Source of the DNA: an uncultured Fastidiosipila sp.
GTDB taxonomy: Bacteria; Bacillota; Clostridia; Saccharofermentanales; Fastidiosipilaceae
NCBI GenBank assembly: GCA_964479695.1
Contig: CAYZSO010000003.1
Coordinates: forward strand, 60,567 to 92,566
DNA length: 32,000 nucleotides
Direction of reading: 5' to 3'
Below are positions 15,852-24,879 of the stretch, in pieces. The notes under the pieces are model-generated. The model had not been told where the DNA came from, did no database searches, and saw only the letters and a program-made list of their open reading frames with translations. The position numbers and the translations under genes are program-made. The first letter of the stretch is position 1, and each line of letters opens with the position of its first letter.

Positions 15852-16007
15852 AAATAACTACTCCTACGACTGCAACTCGAACTCGGAAACGGTTCCAAGC
15901 GTGGGTGTACCATGCGAAGGGCACGGTACACACGGACACAAGGTTAGTCTGCTGCTCTTCCGTTACCCGATCATCCGGTCAGGGAGGGGCAGCCAGTGCA
16001 AATAGTA

Positions 16008-16280
16008 TCAGCTCTTCAGCATGGCCTCGTTCATGATTCGTTCCATAACTACGGGCGTTGAGGCGTTGCGAATGATCTCTCCGTCGATGAAGACGATCGG
16101 GGAGACATCTTCTACCCCCTTGCACTCACCGACGCATGGCAGAATTTCTATTTCCAACTGAAAATCATCACGGATATTCTCCATGCTGTGAATGTCTTCT
16201 TGAAGTTCTTCCAAGCGTTCTATCAGAAATGATGCCCCGTAAAAGGAGCATTTTGAGCCTGTGCAAATGCCAACCTTCAT
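16008..16280 (-). CDS. thioredoxin-like [2Fe-2S] ferredoxin (NuoE/HndA-type cysteine spacing)
   Basis: Cys pattern C6-x4-C11 ... C49-x3-C53 (CTGSKC ... CVGEC). SD GGAGG. Confidence 0.65.
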   Translation of the reverse strand: MKVGICTGSKCSFYGASFLIERLEELQEDIHSMENIRDDFQLEIEILPCVGECKGVEDVSPIVFIDGEIIRNASTPVVMERIMNEAMLKS

Positions 16281-16316
16281 AATTCGTCCTCCGTAACAGT
16301 GATTTACCCTATACTA

Positions 16317-17756
16317 TCATGAATTCGCTATAAAAATAGCTGTATCAGACAATCCGTCAGCGAGGTCCCGACGATGGGTAGCGATCAGGATGGTTCTCGA
16401 TCCTTTTTCTCTTTGAAACAATTGTAACATTTGCGCCTCTGCTTGTGCATCTACTTCTCGAAATACTTCATCCAAGATCACAATATTGGCAGGTATGGCC
16501 AAAGCCCGGATCAGCGACGCCTTCTGTTTCATTCCACCAGAGTACTCGCGGATCGGTTTTCCGAGAGGAAGACCCAACGAAGTGATCAGCGACTCCCAAT
16601 AGGCAAGAAACGAAACTTCGTCGTCCACGAAGCGACCACCCGCAAATAACAAATTTTCAGACAAAGTAAAATCATCAAGTAAACGCACATCCTGGAACGC
16701 ATAAGAGAAACGTGGTTCGACAGCAAAGCCAATCTGTCCTTGATCCGGCTCCGCCAAGCCTGTGAGAAGTCTGAAGAATGTTGTCTTCCCCTCACCGGAT
16801 GAACCGGTCACAACGACGGTCTGACCCTGCGAAATCTCGCAAGAAAAATCCTGAAGAACCGTCTGTTGCCCATAGGATTTTGCCAGATTCTTCACGGAAA
16901 TCGCCGGATCTGCAGAGCCTACTTCAAGCTGAATATCCGGCTTCTTGCTGACAGAAGACAAGCGGACGGATCTGTGTGGCTTTCGACTTACTTGAAGCGG
17001 GTGCTTACTGAGTACGCCGACCACTTGAGTCAAAACAAACGAGAAAAACAAGATAACCGCCAGGTAAGCCAGGACTTCAGCGCTTTCCAGTTGGATTTTG
17101 GCGTCATAGAGTCCAGTTCCGAGACGGCCAAAAGGCTGTGCCATAATTTCGCCGGTGATTCCTGCTTTCCAAGCAAGGCCCGACGTGTATTCTAGTGAAG
17201 GTTGAAGTTGGCGTATAAGCGAGGGTAAATAAATCGCACGGAAGCGGTCCCCCGTACGAAAACGAAAGACAAAAGCCATCTCCAGGAGTTCCTCTGAGGT
17301 GTCTCGAAGTCCTGCGAGTGCAGAACCATAAAGTGGCGGCACAATCGCCATGAGGACCAGAACAAAAGGGAGGATATCGGGGTCGATCCAGATCATCAGG
17401 ATGATCGTTAGGGCAGCCACCGGCGCACTCTTCACAATCGAAATTATAGGGCAAAAAAATGGTTCCGTGACCGGGAAAAAGTAAGCCAGGAAAGCCAGTA
17501 GAACAGCCAGAGCAAAACCTAAGAGGAAGCCACCGGTGATCGTGAGTACAGAACCACCCACGGAGAGCCAAAACTTGCTTTGCGACAGCAGATTGCCAAG
17601 GGCACGCAGAACGTCCAGGGGACCGGGGAGAAGAACTTTCTGGTTTACCAGAGAGGCCAAGACCTGCCAGACCACCACAAAAAACAAAGCCCCCACCAAA
17701 CCGGAAAGGCTTCCGGATTGACGGCGGCTTGTTTGATAGGCAGGTCTTCTATACAT
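16317..17756 (-). CDS. ABC transporter, fused permease (N-terminal) and ATP-binding (C-terminal) protein, NitT/TauT-like
   Basis: About 260 aa of TM segments. These are followed by Walker A GSSGEGKTT, a Q-loop, signature YSGGMKQK, Walker B VILDE and H-loop ATHR. Confidence 0.85.
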   Translation of the reverse strand: MYRRPAYQTSRRQSGSLSGLVGALFFVVVWQVLASLVNQKVLLPGPLDVLRALGNLLSQSKFWLSVGGSVLTITGGFLLGFALAVLLAFLAYFFPVTEPFFCPIISIVKSAPVAALTIILMIWIDPDILPFVLVLMAIVPPLYGSALAGLRDTSEELLEMAFVFRFRTGDRFRAIYLPSLIRQLQPSLEYTSGLAWKAGITGEIMAQPFGRLGTGLYDAKIQLESAEVLAYLAVILFFSFVLTQVVGVLSKHPLQVSRKPHRSVRLSSVSKKPDIQLEVGSADPAISVKNLAKSYGQQTVLQDFSCEISQGQTVVVTGSSGEGKTTFFRLLTGLAEPDQGQIGFAVEPRFSYAFQDVRLLDDFTLSENLLFAGGRFVDDEVSFLAYWESLITSLGLPLGKPIREYSGGMKQKASLIRALAIPANIVILDEVFREVDAQAEAQMLQLFQREKGSRTILIATHRRDLADGLSDTAIFIANS

Positions 17757-17761
17757 AGAAC

Positions 17762-18733
17762 TTACTTTACATAATAGAAATCATCAGCAGGAACCGTACC
17801 CCCGACCAGTGCCGGATTACTCTCTGCCAAGACTTCAAGATAGGGAGCTAACATCGTTTTGAGTTCACTTCCGGAAACCATGGTAATGCCGCTCTGCGGA
17901 ATGGCTTTTTCCGCAACGGCCGCGCCGATGATCCCTTGCTCATCAATGATTTTGGCAGCGTCTGCCGGGTTTTCGTTGACCCATTTGGCCGAGGCTTGGT
18001 ATTCCTCAAGGAACTTGTCGAACCAAGCCTTGTTATTCTGAACGAAATCCTTGCGGACGACGAGTACGCCAGTGACTACCTGGGAATCCGCGCCCATATA
18101 TTGCTTCCAAAGATCGTCGACGTTTAATTGCGCCTTAATCTTGTCGTTCTTCATTGTGACTGAGGAGAGGAATGGTTCTTGCAGCAGGGCGATCGCACCT
18201 TCCTCTGCCTGGAGGAGAGCGGCGACCTCAGTAGCCTCTGTGCGGAACTCAATGGTGACATCCGTACCGATGGTGAGCCCGGCTTTGGCCAATAAATTCT
18301 GCAAAATGACGTCCGGAGTTGCCCCCTTGCCTGTTGCGTAAACGGTCTTGCCTCGGAGGTCTTCCAGACTGTTCAGCGGAGCGTTATTGGTGGCGAAGTA
18401 GAGCACGTTCAAGACGTTGATGGCAGCGACTTGGATCTTGCCTTCACTCTTGTTGTAGACGGTGGCTGCGAGGTTCGCCGGGATGCAGGCGATGTCTAAT
18501 TCTCCCTTGATCAAGCCTGTGGCCACTTCATCCGGCATCGTCTGGATGTTATAGGAGATCGCAGGATCCGCCTTCGGGTCGAGGTTCGACGTGTACTGCG
18601 CGAGCCCCATGGCTGTGGGACCTTTCATGGCGGCGATTTCCACGGATTCATTGGGTTTCACTGCGGTTTGACAGGCGGTCAAAGTGAGCGCGAGAACAGC
18701 AGCCAGAAAAGGACGAATAAACGTTTTCTTCAT
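17762..18733 (-). CDS. ABC transporter substrate-binding lipoprotein (NMT1/THI5, SsuA/TauA-like)
   Basis: Lipobox LTLTAC-Q. 323-aa PBP-like protein located 5 nt upstream of the permease-ATPase gene. Confidence 0.8.
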   Translation of the reverse strand: MKKTFIRPFLAAVLALTLTACQTAVKPNESVEIAAMKGPTAMGLAQYTSNLDPKADPAISYNIQTMPDEVATGLIKGELDIACIPANLAATVYNKSEGKIQVAAINVLNVLYFATNNAPLNSLEDLRGKTVYATGKGATPDVILQNLLAKAGLTIGTDVTIEFRTEATEVAALLQAEEGAIALLQEPFLSSVTMKNDKIKAQLNVDDLWKQYMGADSQVVTGVLVVRKDFVQNNKAWFDKFLEEYQASAKWVNENPADAAKIIDEQGIIGAAVAEKAIPQSGITMVSGSELKTMLAPYLEVLAESNPALVGGTVPADDFYYVK

Positions 18734-18860
18734 ACGAAATGCCTCTTTTCAAACTTTTTGACTTATTCTAATCCTATCATTTCTCTTTGCGGAATGCCTA
18801 GAATCACAAAATAGATAATAAAACAACAATTGCACTTGCCATTACAGAAGCAAACTCAGC

Positions 18861-18909
18861 TTTCCACTTGAGCGGCTGATCCTGCTTCCCGCTTGAGGGC
18901 TGATCCGAC
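18861..18909. repeat. two ~24-nt imperfect tandem units (TTCC(A/C)(C/G)CTTGAG(C/G)GGCTGATCC)
   Basis: ttccacttgagcggctgatcc at 18862-18882 and ttcccgcttgagggctgatcc at 18886-18906. Confidence 0.7.
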
Positions 18910-19026
18910 TTGCAAGCGATCCAGCCCATCCGCGGAATATTTGCCGTCACATCGCTACCTGAAATCAGATCGGGCAGTAAGCATTCATTTTGGCACCGAT
19001 TCTTGGACTTCTTAGGCCAACAACGA

Positions 19027-19055
19027 TTGACCTCTAATCGTGCGGGTGTTATCAA
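19027..19055 (+). promoter_or_regulatory. candidate sigma-A promoter of serC
   Basis: -35 TTGACC (19027-19032), 17-nt spacer, extended -10 TGtTATCAA (19047-19055). About 60 nt before the serC ATG. Confidence 0.45.
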
Positions 19056-19117
19056 TTAAACGTGCACTATTTGCCCAAGGCGAATAGGCGAAAACAAAAG
19101 ACACAAGGAGGAAGACG

Positions 19118-20200
19118 ATGAGCAGAGTGTATAACTTTAGCGCAGGCCCGGCAGTCTTGCCGGAAGAAGTCCTGAGAGAAGCCGCAGCAGAAATGCTGGA
19201 TTTCGAGGGCAGCGGAATGTCCGTGATGGAGATGAGTCATCGATCTTCCACGTTCGCGAACATTATCCAGACTGCGGAGCAAGACCTGAGGGATCTGGCC
19301 CAAATCCCCGATACCTATGAAGTGTTGTTCTTGCAGGGCGGCGCTTCTCAACAATTTGCAGCCATCCCCCAGAATTTGATGGTGAACCGCAAGGCGGATT
19401 ACATCCTCACGGGAGCTTGGGCGAAGAAGGCGGCCAAAGAAGCCAAAATCTACGGCGATGTCAAGATTCTCGCATCCAGCGAAGAGGCTACATTCACCTA
19501 TATTCCTGACGTATCCGACCTCGATGTAAGAGAGGATGCCGATTATGTGTATATTTGTGAAAACAACACGATCTACGGCACAAAGTATCACGAACTGCCG
19601 AATACCAAGGGCAAAGATCTGGTATCCGATTCGTCCTCATGTTTCTTATCCGAACCCTTCGATATTACGCAGTACGGGCTGATGTTTGCCGGGGCTCAGA
19701 AAAATATCGGGCCGGCGGGCGTCGTGGTCGTGATCATCCGCAAGGATCTTATCCGTGATGACGTTCTGCCTTACACACCCACCATGTTGAAGTACAAAAC
19801 CCAGGCGGACGAGCATTCACTCTACAACACGCCACCAGCTTACGGCATTTATATTTGCGGCAAGGTCTTCAAGTGGTTGAAGAAATTAGGCGGCCTCGAG
19901 GCGATGCAGAAAATTAATCAAGAGAAAGCCAAACTTCTCTATGATTATTTGGATCAGAGCCAGTTGTTTAAAGGAACGGTTGTGGCCAAAGACCGCTCGC
20001 TCATGAATGTCCCGTTTATTACAGGTGATGATGCTTTAGACAAGAAATTTGTGGCTGAGGCAAAGGCCGTCGGCTTAGAACAACTGAAAGGTCACCGCAC
20101 GGTTGGCGGCATGAGAGCCTCAATCTACAATGCGATGCCTTTGGCCGGGGTAGAAAAACTCGTCACTTTCATGGCTCAATTTGAAAAGGAGAACACCTAA
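19118..20200 (+). CDS. serC: 3-phosphoserine aminotransferase
   Basis: MSRVYNFSAGPAVLPEEVL...MEMSHRS is the SerC N-terminus. 360 aa. SD AAGGAGG. Confidence 0.93.
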   Translation: MSRVYNFSAGPAVLPEEVLREAAAEMLDFEGSGMSVMEMSHRSSTFANIIQTAEQDLRDLAQIPDTYEVLFLQGGASQQFAAIPQNLMVNRKADYILTGAWAKKAAKEAKIYGDVKILASSEEATFTYIPDVSDLDVREDADYVYICENNTIYGTKYHELPNTKGKDLVSDSSSCFLSEPFDITQYGLMFAGAQKNIGPAGVVVVIIRKDLIRDDVLPYTPTMLKYKTQADEHSLYNTPPAYGIYICGKVFKWLKKLGGLEAMQKINQEKAKLLYDYLDQSQLFKGTVVAKDRSLMNVPFITGDDALDKKFVAEAKAVGLEQLKGHRTVGGMRASIYNAMPLAGVEKLVTFMAQFEKENT

Positions 20201-21375
20201 TGGACCGCAAAATAGCCTGCCTGAACAAAATCTCGGACAAAGGCCTTGCCACACTCCGCGATAACTATGAAATCACCACCGATGCAAACGAGGCTCACGC
20301 CTGGCTGGTGCGTTCCGCAAAACTTCACGACGCGGAATTTCCCCAGAGCCTCAGGGCCATTGGCAGAGCCGGAGCCGGAGTCAACAATATTCCGCTGGAT
20401 CGCTGCGCTGAACAGGGAATAGTCGTCTTCAATACCCCCGGTGCGAATGCCAACGGGGTTACGGAACTCGTCATTGCGGCGATGATCCTGGCTTCCCGTG
20501 ATATCATCGGCGGAACAAACTGGGTTCGTGCCCAGGAAGCCACAGAAGGCATCGCAGCAGCCACGGAAAAAGCCAAGAGCCTGTTTACCGGAACGGAAAT
20601 ACGGGGCAAAACACTCGGCATTATCGGCCTGGGGGCAATCGGCCACTTGGTGGCAAACGCTGCAGTGGGGTTAGGCATGGATGTCCAAGGTTTCGACCCT
20701 TCAATCCCTGTCGAATTCGCTTGGAAACTTTCGCGCCAGGTGCAACACAACGCCAAATTGGAAGATATGTTGCCGAAATGTGATTACCTCACTATCCACG
20801 TGCCCTTGAATGACAAGACGCGCAAGATGATGGGCACAAAGGAACTGGCCCTGCTGAAACCCGGGGCGATTCTGCTGAACTTCTCCCGTGACGAGCTGTG
20901 TGACGAGGACGCTGTCCGCCGTTCCCTGGAAGAAAGGAAGCTCCGCCGCTATGTCGTCGATTTTCCTAATGCCAAGAATGTTACCTTCCCCAACACGATT
21001 GTCACCCCTCACTTAGGCGCGTCGACTGATGAGTCTGAGGAAAATTGTGCGGTCATGGCTGTCCAAGAGATCATGGACTACCTGGATTATGGGAACATAA
21101 TTCACTCGGTGAATTTCCCCGATGTCAGTTTGGGTGCGCTCAGCACCTCAACCAGAGTCGTGGTTATGCACAAAAATGTGCCCGGAACGATCAATAAAAT
21201 CACGTCGCTCTTCGGCGAGCATGGGTACAATATTGAACAGATGGTTTCAAACAGCCGCGGCCAATATGCGGTCGTCATGATGGATGTGAAACCACCGGTC
21301 ACGCATGAATTTCTGGAGCAAGTAAACCACAATGATGAGATCCTGAAGATCCGCGTGATTCAGAAAGAGGACTAA
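20200..21375 (+). CDS. serA: D-3-phosphoglycerate dehydrogenase with C-terminal ACT-like domain
   Basis: 2-hydroxyacid dehydrogenase fold with GIIGLGAIGHLVA NAD site and catalytic ..R..E..H. Start overlaps the serC stop (TAATG). Confidence 0.88.
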   Translation: MDRKIACLNKISDKGLATLRDNYEITTDANEAHAWLVRSAKLHDAEFPQSLRAIGRAGAGVNNIPLDRCAEQGIVVFNTPGANANGVTELVIAAMILASRDIIGGTNWVRAQEATEGIAAATEKAKSLFTGTEIRGKTLGIIGLGAIGHLVANAAVGLGMDVQGFDPSIPVEFAWKLSRQVQHNAKLEDMLPKCDYLTIHVPLNDKTRKMMGTKELALLKPGAILLNFSRDELCDEDAVRRSLEERKLRRYVVDFPNAKNVTFPNTIVTPHLGASTDESEENCAVMAVQEIMDYLDYGNIIHSVNFPDVSLGALSTSTRVVVMHKNVPGTINKITSLFGEHGYNIEQMVSNSRGQYAVVMMDVKPPVTHEFLEQVNHNDEILKIRVIQKED

Positions 21376-22179
21376 ATGACGCACAAGACCGGACTTCGTT
21401 TTGGCGTGCCTTTCCTACTGGAAACGGCAATCGTTGAGGAAGCCTCTGACCTGGCTCGTGAACTGGGACTGCACTTCGTTGAGCTCAACACGAATTTTCC
21501 GCAGTGTCTGGTGCCTCGGCTGGATTCAGGAACACTGCGACAAATTGCCGCGGAGACCGGTCTGTTTTTTACTTTGCATTTGGATGATGCCTTGAATTTT
21601 GCTGATTTCAACCCATGGGTCCGTGAAGCTTCTGTTCAAACGGTACTGGAGGCTATTTCTCTGGCCAGAGAAGCTCAGATGCCTGTGATTAATCTGCATT
21701 TCCCCAAGGGCAATGTAGTGACTTTGCCGGACGGAAAACATTATATCTTTGAAAATTTCACGGAAGAGTTTACCCGGGTCTTACTGGATTTCAGGCGGCG
21801 GGTTGAAGAGGCAACGGGTGACGCCGACCTCAAGATCTGCATCGAAAATACCGATGGTTGGGCCCCCTACGAACGGCAGGCGATCGAATTACTCTTGGAG
21901 AGTCCCGTCTTTGGCCTGACGTTTGATATCGGACATAACCATGCGGTGGATGACTTGGATTTGCCCTTTATAGAAACCCATAGAGACCGTTTGCACCATA
22001 TGCACGCCCATGATGGGTGGGGACAAACGAACCACCAAGCGCTGGGAGAAGGGGAGATTCCACTCGACGACCGTCTGGATCTGGCGAAAGAGGTCGGGGC
22101 CACGGTGGTGCTGGAGACGAAGACGAAGGCGGCTTTGGCCGAATCCGTTCAATGGCTGAAACGAAGGGGCTACTTGTAG
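21376..22179 (+). CDS. xylose-isomerase-like TIM-barrel protein (sugar phosphate isomerase/epimerase family)
   Basis: VELN, LHLDD, ICIENT, FDIGHNH, HMHAHD and GEGEIP pattern. The ATG follows the serA TAA directly. Confidence 0.8.
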   Translation: MTHKTGLRFGVPFLLETAIVEEASDLARELGLHFVELNTNFPQCLVPRLDSGTLRQIAAETGLFFTLHLDDALNFADFNPWVREASVQTVLEAISLAREAQMPVINLHFPKGNVVTLPDGKHYIFENFTEEFTRVLLDFRRRVEEATGDADLKICIENTDGWAPYERQAIELLLESPVFGLTFDIGHNHAVDDLDLPFIETHRDRLHHMHAHDGWGQTNHQALGEGEIPLDDRLDLAKEVGATVVLETKTKAALAESVQWLKRRGYL

Positions 22180-22188
22180 ACTCTGTGT

Positions 22189-22227
22189 ATGACCGCAGAT
22201 AGCAGATAAGCGCAGATGACCGCAGAA
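22189..22227. repeat. ATGACCGCAGA(T/A) x2 with GCAGAT units between, after the stop codon
   Basis: atgaccgcagat at 22189-22200 and atgaccgcagaa at 22216-22227. GCAGAT at 22202 and 22212. Shares ACCGCAGA with the repeat at 8386-8440. Confidence 0.7.
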
Positions 22228-22256
22228 CTTTCAATTTAAATTTATGCGGTGAGAAA

Positions 22257-23387
22257 CTATTTCAGCATCGTCGCGGAATTCAGCAGCAAGGTGTTGTACA
22301 AGAAGAGCACATCCTGATCGGTGAAGGTCACGTAATTGCCTACCAGGTCACTTGCGATGTAGCGCGTGTCGATGAGGGTAATCTTGCGGTAACCTTCGAG
22401 TAATAGGGGAGTCACACTACTTCCGAAAGAATCGCGGAAAATGATGAGTTCGCGGGATTCTTGGGCCAAAGGATTGTCGATTACGAGCAGCGGAGAAGCC
22501 CCGGAAAGGTAGACATCATAAGGGTCGCGGCTGTCTAGCTTGGGCAGGTCGTAAACGGGCGTGGTTTGGCCGGTTTCATAATTGAAAACCGTGGCCGCTT
22601 CCGTGGTCTCATTGGTCAGATAGCGAATCTGATCCGGCTTGAGCGGCAGAGCGGATTGCCCTCTGTAGACTCCGTAAAAGGGCGTTGCTGCTTCCTTCAC
22701 GTGGTACGTGCCGGATAATGAGTCGGCAATCCCTAAGCGATTTGCGAGCACTTGGGCGACGTCCCGGAGGCTCTCTTGCTTCCAGTGGATGTCCGAAGCG
22801 TAATAATCTTCAATAGCGAGTGCCCCTGTTATATCGATATAGGTAGCGTATTCGGTATTGTCTTGGATTAGGCTAAAGAGGCGCTCATAGTCTAGCGAGG
22901 GATAAGCTTGCTGATACCCTAAGTAGTAGTTCTTATCAGGGATGACGGAAATAAAAACGTTCAGATCCTGTGCTTCAAGGTATTTCTCATAGAGGTAGCG
23001 GATACGTGTCGTTGCCAGGAGAATTTCATTTTCTTTCAGCGGATACTCTTGTTTTGCGGCGAAACCGTCGAGTACATAGATTTCGTTGCTGTCGAGCTGA
23101 CGTAAGCCGTAGAATCTCGTGTATGCCATAAGCTGGCGGAAGGGGAAGCGCCAGGGAAATTGATCCTGGACATAGGTTTCAAAATCTTTCATATATGTGC
23201 CGTTCGCCACGGTTTCAAGTTTGAGTTCAGGTGCTTGGGCGAGTTTCCGCCTTTCACTCTCCGACGTTGCCTCAGACGTTTTAAACCAGGCCACGACGCA
23301 CAAAATGAGCCAGATGGAGCAGATGGAGAGGACGATGATGAAGTTGGTTTTCTTTTGATTGGCTTGTGTTTGCTCGTTTGCTTGCAT
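22257..23387 (-). CDS. DHHW-family (AlgX/AlgJ-like) extracytoplasmic acyl-transfer partner protein
   Basis: N-terminal TM anchor and an SDIHW motif. Lies 12 nt downstream of the MBOAT gene with SD AAGGAG. Confidence 0.7.
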   Translation of the reverse strand: MQANEQTQANQKKTNFIIVLSICSIWLILCVVAWFKTSEATSESERRKLAQAPELKLETVANGTYMKDFETYVQDQFPWRFPFRQLMAYTRFYGLRQLDSNEIYVLDGFAAKQEYPLKENEILLATTRIRYLYEKYLEAQDLNVFISVIPDKNYYLGYQQAYPSLDYERLFSLIQDNTEYATYIDITGALAIEDYYASDIHWKQESLRDVAQVLANRLGIADSLSGTYHVKEAATPFYGVYRGQSALPLKPDQIRYLTNETTEAATVFNYETGQTTPVYDLPKLDSRDPYDVYLSGASPLLVIDNPLAQESRELIIFRDSFGSSVTPLLLEGYRKITLIDTRYIASDLVGNYVTFTDQDVLFLYNTLLLNSATMLK

Positions 23388-23399
23388 CGGTGCGCTCCT

Positions 23400-24779
23400 T
23401 TAGAAACGGAAGTAGAGAAAGGGGTTGAACGACGAATCGACCAAGTACGCCGTTACGACGAGTAGGAGAGAAATATCCATTACAGGTTCTGCGATGGTGA
23501 GAATTTTGGCGGCCAAAGGCGCCTTCTGCAAACGTTCGATCGTGCTTTTCGGCCATCGGGTACTCCCGATGATCGCGAGCAAGAAGATCACGGTGTAACT
23601 TCGCAGGTAATAGATCGCCTCTGTATCCGCAAGGGGAGCGCCTCTGCCGCCAAACATGGTTACCATTCTCTCACCTGCAATTCTGAGGCCCAGAGCATCG
23701 AACAGGACGAAACTCAACACAACAACCAGGAGCACGTAGACGTGGGTGAGAGGAGCCGGTATGCGGCTTAGCCATTTGCCCAGCCAAAATTTCTCGGCCA
23801 GCAAGAAGAAGGCAAAGAGGAGTCCCCAGAAAATAAAGTTCCAAGCCGCTCCATGCCACAGACCCGTCAGAAACCAGACCAAAAGAATGTTCAGCACCCA
23901 GCGACCTTGCGAGACGCGGTTTCCGCCCAACGGAATATAGAGGTAGTCGCGAAACCAGGTGCTTAAAGACATATGCCAGCGCCGCCAGAATTCTGTAATA
24001 CTTCGGGCAATAAAAGGATAATTGAAGTTTTCCAGGAAATTGAAACCTAAGAGTTTACCCATCCCGATGGCCATGTCGCTGTACCCTGAGAAATCGAAAT
24101 AGATTTGCAGAGTGAACGCTGCCGCGTAGAGCCAATGAAAAAGCACGGAAGGGTTTTCGGCGTTCTGAAAATGTTGGCACAGCTCACCCAGCGAATTGGC
24201 GAGGATGACTTTCTTCCCCAGCCCAAGGAGGAAGCGCCTCAGACCCAGACGCATCCTTGCGACACTGTGCTCTCGCCGGACCAGCTCCGCGGCGACATCC
24301 ACATAGCGAACGATCGGGCCGGCGATGAGCTGTGGGAAGAGCGAGAGATAGGTCGCCAGCGTGAAAATATTTTTCTGTGCCGGTGTTTCGCCTCGGTAGA
24401 CATCGAAGGTATAACTCATGATCTGGAAGGTGTAGAAGCTCACACCGATGGGCAAAACGATGTTTTGAAGCGGGAAGTGAGTACCCAGGATGAAATTGAC
24501 ATTTTCGATGAGAAAATCCGTGTATTTGAAGTAGCCCAGAAGGAGCAATGAAAAAACAGTGGCTAGGATGAGCCAGAGCTTGGCGCGGCTTTGGCCGAAG
24601 TCTCTCTCGATCAGTAAGCCGCACACATAGTGAACGGCAATCGAAAGCAACATATAAACGACGTTAATCGGCTCACCCCAACCGTAAAAAATCAGCGAGG
24701 CAATCAGGAGTACCGGATTCTTCGCTCGAAACGGAACCAGGAAATAAATGAGCAGGACAAGCGGGAAGAAATAGTACAA
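23400..24779 (-). CDS. MBOAT-family O-acyltransferase (AlgI/DltB-like); true start possibly at 24803
   Basis: Polytopic. FYGWGEP, FSGYSDMAIG, FWRRWHMSLSTWFRDYLYIPLGG (catalytic His) and GLWHGA motifs. Confidence 0.9.
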   Translation of the reverse strand: MYYFFPLVLLIYFLVPFRAKNPVLLIASLIFYGWGEPINVVYMLLSIAVHYVCGLLIERDFGQSRAKLWLILATVFSLLLLGYFKYTDFLIENVNFILGTHFPLQNIVLPIGVSFYTFQIMSYTFDVYRGETPAQKNIFTLATYLSLFPQLIAGPIVRYVDVAAELVRREHSVARMRLGLRRFLLGLGKKVILANSLGELCQHFQNAENPSVLFHWLYAAAFTLQIYFDFSGYSDMAIGMGKLLGFNFLENFNYPFIARSITEFWRRWHMSLSTWFRDYLYIPLGGNRVSQGRWVLNILLVWFLTGLWHGAAWNFIFWGLLFAFFLLAEKFWLGKWLSRIPAPLTHVYVLLVVVLSFVLFDALGLRIAGERMVTMFGGRGAPLADTEAIYYLRSYTVIFLLAIIGSTRWPKSTIERLQKAPLAAKILTIAEPVMDISLLLVVTAYLVDSSFNPFLYFRF

Positions 24780-24879
24780 AAATGTAATGCTTGAGAAGAG
24801 AATAGAGACCCCCTTGCGTCTGCCGGTGCCCCTTAACTCATGGGCACTTCCGGACGGTTTACTTACGTTTCATTGTGAA

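Noticed and set aside
17104-17571. 155-aa same-strand alternative-frame ORF inside the permease-ATPase gene
   Set aside because: Pro/Gly/Cys/His-rich out-of-frame product. The main frame has TM segments and continues into the ATPase motifs.
18734-19117. TPP or other riboswitch upstream of the NMT1/THI5-like SBP; T-box upstream of serC; 83-aa ORF 18804-19055
   Set aside because: I read both strands and found no CUGAGA / ACCUGAUCUGGAUAAUGC-type TPP core, no B12 box and no T-box sequence. The ORF lacks an SD and covers the tandem repeat.
19067-20756. Antisense ORFs of 174, 149 and 143 aa opposite serC and serA
   Set aside because: They are shadow ORFs of highly recognisable genes, with no ribosome-binding sites.
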